This document shows positions 50,083-56,000 of a stretch of DNA of 56,000 nt, in pieces; positions within the stretch are counted from its first letter, which is position 1, and the number at the start of each line of letters is the position of its first letter. This DNA comes from Candidatus Omnitrophota bacterium (GTDB lineage Bacteria > Omnitrophota > Gorgyraeia > Gygaellales > Profunditerraquicolaceae). The DNA lies in assembly GCA_003598135.1 (NCBI GenBank), contig QZKA01000004.1, positions 1-56,000 on the forward strand. The letters run 5' to 3'. A program made the position numbers and the translations under genes. Under the pieces are notes generated by a model, which made no database searches, had not been told where the DNA came from, and saw only the letters and a list, made by a program, of their open reading frames with translations.

Positions 50083-51284
50083 GCTTCTATCAATACACGG
50101 CAAAAGATGTAAGCGGTAAATCGGTAACCGGGATGATCGAGGCTGCTTCGGAGGCTGAGGCAGCGAGTGCGCTGCACAAGCGTGAACTGGTGGTCATTTC
50201 GCTTGTATCGTCAAAACAAAGGAAGATAAAGAAGGTCAAGGGCGGCAAGATTAAACAGGACGACCTGGTTATCTTTTCGCGGCAGCTCGCTACGATGATT
50301 GAATCGGGCATTCCGCTGGTGCAGGCACTGGCAATATTATCCGAACAGATAGACAACCGGCTGCTTAAGGACATCACCATGGCAGCGCGTCAGGATATTG
50401 AGTCCGGCACTAACTTCTGCGATGCCCTGGCAAAATACCCCAATGCCTTCTCTGATTTTTTCATCAACATGAGCAGGGCAGGAGAAGCCTCAGGAACCCT
50501 GGATGAAGTCCTTGATCGGGTTGCTACTTATATGGAGAAGATCTCCTCACTTACCAGGAAGATCCGTTCTAGCCTTGTGTATCCCGCGGTTGTCATCACC
50601 ATGGCAGTATTAATTACCGCAGTGCTCCTGCTTAAAGTCGTGCCTACTTTTAAGGGTATTTTTTCCATGCTCGGAGGAGACCTGCCTCTTCCGACGCGCA
50701 TCTTAATCGGCGTCAGCGAAGGCTTAAGGCACTATTTTCCTTTTGTGGTTGTCATGTTCGTGGTATTGGTTGTTCTTTTTCAGCGTTATACCAGCACTGA
50801 GAAGGGCAGATATATATTTGACAAAGTGAAATTAAAAGCCCCGGTATTGGGCCCGCTTTTCCGTAAGGTTGCGGTAGCCAAGTTCGCGCGCACCTTCTCG
50901 ACATTGGTCAAGAGCGGCGTTTCCGTTCTCAATGCCCTTGATATCGTTTCCAAGACTGCAGGGAATAAAGTGATTGAAGAGGCGATACTTAACTGCCGCG
51001 GCGCAGTCAGGGAAGGCGAGCCTATTTCATCTCCTTTATCCAAGAGCGCAGTCTTTCCGCCTATGGTCTGCCGCATGATCGGGGTAGGCGAACAGACCGG
51101 GCAACTAGAGAAGATGCTTACGAAAATCGCCGATTTTTACGATGATCAGGTGGATGCGGCGGTTTCTGGGCTTACCAGCATGATAGAACCCATGGTTATT
51201 GCATTCCTGGGTGTCATAATCGGCGGCATCGTAGTTTCGCTGTTTCTGCCTATTTTTAAAATCACGGAACTGGTAGCGCGATAA
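50079..51284 (+). CDS. pilC: Type IV pilus / T2SS inner-membrane platform protein (PilC/GspF)
   Basis: FSRQLATMIESG, GEASGTL, YP, LPLPT, GEQTGQL, IEP. Confidence 0.92.
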   Translation: MSFYQYTAKDVSGKSVTGMIEAASEAEAASALHKRELVVISLVSSKQRKIKKVKGGKIKQDDLVIFSRQLATMIESGIPLVQALAILSEQIDNRLLKDITMAARQDIESGTNFCDALAKYPNAFSDFFINMSRAGEASGTLDEVLDRVATYMEKISSLTRKIRSSLVYPAVVITMAVLITAVLLLKVVPTFKGIFSMLGGDLPLPTRILIGVSEGLRHYFPFVVVMFVVLVVLFQRYTSTEKGRYIFDKVKLKAPVLGPLFRKVAVAKFARTFSTLVKSGVSVLNALDIVSKTAGNKVIEEAILNCRGAVREGEPISSPLSKSAVFPPMVCRMIGVGEQTGQLEKMLTKIADFYDDQVDAAVSGLTSMIEPMVIAFLGVIIGGIVVSLFLPIFKITELVAR

Positions 51285-51290
51285 AAAAGC

Positions 51291-51326
51291 GTATCCCCCT
51301 GCTTTCGTGGGAAAGCAGGGGGATAC
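51291..51326. terminator. 16-bp perfect hairpin after pilC (terminator or REP-like)
   Basis: GTATCCCCCTGCTTTC-gtgg-GAAAGCAGGGGGATAC; A-run 5' of it, only a weak U-tract on the + strand. Confidence 0.6.
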
Positions 51327-51398
51327 TTCGTGCTTATAACGTATGTCGCCATTAATACGCTGCAGAGACATAAGTTATGCGCTCGTTAAAAAAAATAC

Positions 51399-51427
51399 TT
51401 GACAAAAATAGTATTTTGTTCTATACT
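51399..51427 (+). promoter_or_regulatory. rRNA operon promoter
   Basis: A-rich UP-like tract, TTGACA - 17 bp - TATACT. Confidence 0.85.
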
Positions 51428-51658
51428 TATCAAGCTCGAAAAGGAGCGGAGGAAAACTTTTATTTTTGTGAATAAAATAAAAGAGTATTTTGACAAATTC
51501 TGGTAAGGGTAATTCCGACGTAAGACGCGCTATCTAAAAATATAGAAAGCGTCCGAGAGTTGTCGGACGCTTTTCATTTTTTCTACTTTCGTATTAAAAA
51601 TGATGCCGAGCGCATGCTCGTTATTTAGATTTTCCGCTAGACGCGGAAAGAAGTGAAC

Positions 51659-51668
51659 TGTTCTTTGA
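51659..51668 (+). promoter_or_regulatory. Leader boxA antitermination element
   Basis: TGTTCTTTGA, followed by AATTGAATGGCCAAGCA (51670-51686), which pairs with 53647-53663 as the 16S processing stalk. Confidence 0.75.
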
Positions 51669-51729
51669 TAATTGAATGGCCAAGCAATAGTAATACAGAA
51701 CAAAAGAGCCATACTAAAACTTTCTTGTA

Positions 51730-53548
<1,819 letters not shown>

Positions 53549-53786
53549 AATTTTCCGCTCTGCGGAAAATTTTGAAGGAAAGTCAATGGCGTTGCCTCAA
53601 GGGGCGACGAACCACAGACTACATGCTGTCCGCTTCGGCGGACAGTGCTTGGCCATTTAATTCTTTTTTTCTCCACATCAAACAGCGCGAGCATGGGTTT
53701 AATGCACGCGTTTGCTTAATGTACAGCGTGTAATGGTAATGATCAGGGCATTACTTATTACATACACATTACACAAACGAAGAATT

Positions 53787-53863
53787 GGGCCCATAGCTCA
53801 GCTGGTTAGAGCACAGCCCTGATAAGACTGGGGTCAGTGGTTCGAGTCCACTTGGGCCCACCA
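53787..53863 (+). tRNA. tRNA-Ile(GAT)
   Basis: GGGCCCA/TGGGCCC acceptor, CTGATAA loop, TTCGAGT T-loop, encoded CCA. Confidence 0.96.
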
Positions 53864-54017
53864 TTTTTTCTGCTTCGCGGAAAAAAATGGCTCCGTGGAT
53901 ACCTAAATACACAATATAGGGTTGACGAGGAGTTAATGATTTCTCCTTGCTTAACCTAGATTTGTAAATTAAGGTAACGCTCGGAGTCAAATTTTCTCGC
54001 TTTGTTCGAAAATTTGA

Positions 54018-54093
54018 GGGGGCGTAGCTCAGTTGGGAGAGCATCTGCTTTGCAAGCAGGGGGTCGCCAGTTCAACTCTGGTCGCCTCCACCA
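54018..54093 (+). tRNA. tRNA-Ala(TGC)
   Basis: G3-U70 acceptor stem, TTTGCAA loop, encoded CCA. Confidence 0.97.
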
Positions 54094-54099
54094 AAATTT

Positions 54100-54218
54100 T
54101 CCGACAAGGAAAATTTTGGTGGCACTCAAGCGAGCGTTAAAAACCGCGACAAGCGGTTTAGCGAGCGCAGTGCCTAACCGGACAAATCCGACAAGGAAAA
54201 TTTTGGTGGCACTCAAGC
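54100..54218 (+). repeat. 32-bp exact direct repeat pair in the ITS
   Basis: TCCGACAAGGAAAATTTTGGTGGCACTCAAGC at 54100-54131 and 54187-54218. Confidence 0.9.
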
Positions 54219-54342
54219 AGTACCGTTCTTTTTAAATTACATTTTGAGCATATATCCCTGCTCATTGCAGGGATCCAATAGATTTTACTCGTGTGTTTTT
54301 GTTGCGCGGGAAATCTTCTTTCTGTGCACGGAATGCACATTA

Positions 54343-54352
54343 TGCTCTTTGA
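54343..54352 (+). promoter_or_regulatory. Spacer boxA
   Basis: TGCTCTTTGA about 45 nt upstream of 23S. Confidence 0.8.
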
Positions 54353-54395
54353 CAACTGCAATAGTAAAACTACAAAATCGACGAGACTAATTATC

Positions 54396-56000
54396 AGTTA
54401 AGCTACTAAGGGTCTATGCACGGATGACTTGGTTAGGTGAGGCGATGAAGGACGGGGTAAGCACCGAAATGCCTCGGGTAGCCGCAAACAGGCTTTAATC
54501 CGAGGGTGTCCGAATGGGGGAACCCTTCCGGTCGAAATACCGGAAACCCTACGATGAATACATAGTTGTAGGGAGCGAACCAGAAGAAGTGAAACATCTA
54601 AGTACTCTGAGGAAAAGAAATCGAACAGATTTCCCCAGTAGCGGCGAGCGAAAAGGAAACAGTCTAAACCTTTTTTGTTTTCGCAAGAAAACAAAAAAGG
54701 GGTTGTGGGGCCTCGTCATGGTAGGCTAAGGGATAGCAGAAATGCCTGGAAAGGCATACCAAAGAAAGTGAAAGTCTTGTAAGCGAAATTCTGCAGCCGC
54801 CTAGAGGTACCCCAAGTACCACGGGACACGGGGAATCCTGTGGGAATCCAGGCCGACCACGGTCTAAGACTAAATACTCCACCTAAACCGATAGTGTACA
54901 AGTACCGTGAGGGAAAGTTGAAAAGAACCCCGGGAGGGGAGTGAAATAGAACCTGAAATCATAGACCTACAAGCGGTGGAAGGGCTATGGTCCGGCGTAA
55001 GCCGGACAATGCCTGACCGCGTACCTTTTGCATAATGGACCGACGAGTTATTCTTGTAAGCGAGTCTAAGTAAGCTGTTAACGCATCTTACGCAGGCGTA
55101 GGGAAACCGAGTCTTAAATGGGCGTTTAGCTTGCAGGAATAGACCCGAAGCTGAGTGATCTACCCATGGCCAATGGGAAGCCTTCCGAAAGGAGGGTGGA
55201 CGTATGAACCCGTCAGTGTTGAAAAACTGTGGGATGAGCTGTGGGTCGGAGCGAAAGACTAATCAAACTCAGAAATTGCTGGTTCTCCCCGAAATATTTC
55301 TAGGGATAGCCTCAAGACACTACGTTATAGGGGTAGAGTACTGAATGGACTACGGGAGTCTACCGACTTGCTGAGTCCAACCAAACTGCGAATACTATAA
55401 CGACTATCTTGGGAGTAAGACGTTGGGGGCCAAGCTCCATCGTCTAGAGGGAATCAGCCCAGACCGCCAGTTAAGGTCCCTAAGGACAGGCTAAGTGGTA
55501 AAGGATGTGGATTCGCTTAGACAGCCAGGATGTTGGCTCAGAGGCAGCCATCATTTAAAGAGTGCGTAACAGCTCACTGGCCGAGCGGATTCGCGCCGAA
55601 GATGATCGGGGCTAAGCCTGTTACCGAAACTGTGGGTTCATTTTGCCCTCGGGCAAAGTGAGCGGTAGGGGAGCATAGTCCAACGAGTGAAGTCATACCG
55701 TAAGGAGTGATGGACGTTGGACTAGGGATTATGTCGGTATGAGTAGCGAAAACGTCTGCGAGAAACAGACGCGCCGAAAGTCCAAGGTTTCCTGGGGAAG
55801 GTTAATCCGCCCAGGGTTAGTCGTGCCTAAGCTGAGGCCACAAGGCGTAAGCGATGGACAATCCGTTAATATTCGGATACTTACTTATTGGCGTTACGTT
55901 TTCCGTGTGACGCAGAATGTTGATATCTGCGCAGTGTTGGACGTCTGCGTTCTTGTTTCCGTAAGGGGATGAGGGGACCCTGAGGTTTCTGAGGGGGAAG
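54396..56000 (+). rRNA. rrl: 23S rRNA, 5' part (runs off the window)
   Basis: CCGAATGGGGGAACC, GAAACATCTAAGTA, AGTACCGTGAGGGAAAG, GCGTAACAGCTCACT; start approximate. Confidence 0.97.

Noticed and set aside
51490-51518. Second rRNA promoter at TTGACA 51490
   Set aside because: No acceptable -10 hexamer at 16-18 bp spacing.
54100-54218. Mini CRISPR array
   Set aside because: Only two repeats, a 55-bp spacer, located inside an rRNA spacer, and no cas genes.

Overview
Core-genome window of a bacterium, most likely Omnitrophota (OP3, PVC superphylum). The taxonomy is inferred from gene content and PVC-type 16S signatures (GGCTGCAGTCGAGAAT; A1409-U1491). Every credible gene is on the + strand. 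Gene order: acyP, metallophosphoesterase, ligA, lipoprotein, MBL hydrolase, xerD, tRNA nucleotidyltransferase, DUF503, rbfA, DHH, ribF; a long dcw cluster (mraZ to ftsA) with an inserted zinc peptidase and no ftsZ; yggS, proC, mtnP, ileS, dksA-like, lspA, rluD; coiled-coil protein, aroA; mreBCD, mrdA, rodA, radical SAM; a c-di-GMP-linked type IV pilus module (degenerate GGDEF sensor, stand-alone MshEN-like protein, two PilB ATPases, pseudo-receiver HD-GYP, PilC); then an rRNA operon (16S, tRNA-Ile, tRNA-Ala, partial 23S). Four observations stand out. (1) A 235-nt ORF-less group I intron sits after U516 of 16S, and its ends also form 12-bp perfect terminal inverted repeats flanked by a 6-bp direct repeat. 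(2) ftsZ is missing after ftsA, and this FtsA has eroded ATP-binding motifs. (3) A family of composite, cargo-less hairpin/short-tandem-repeat elements occupies intergenic gaps and also invades coding sequence. (4) The pilus signalling module is built largely from degenerate domains. All calls come from reading motifs by eye; no database searches were run.
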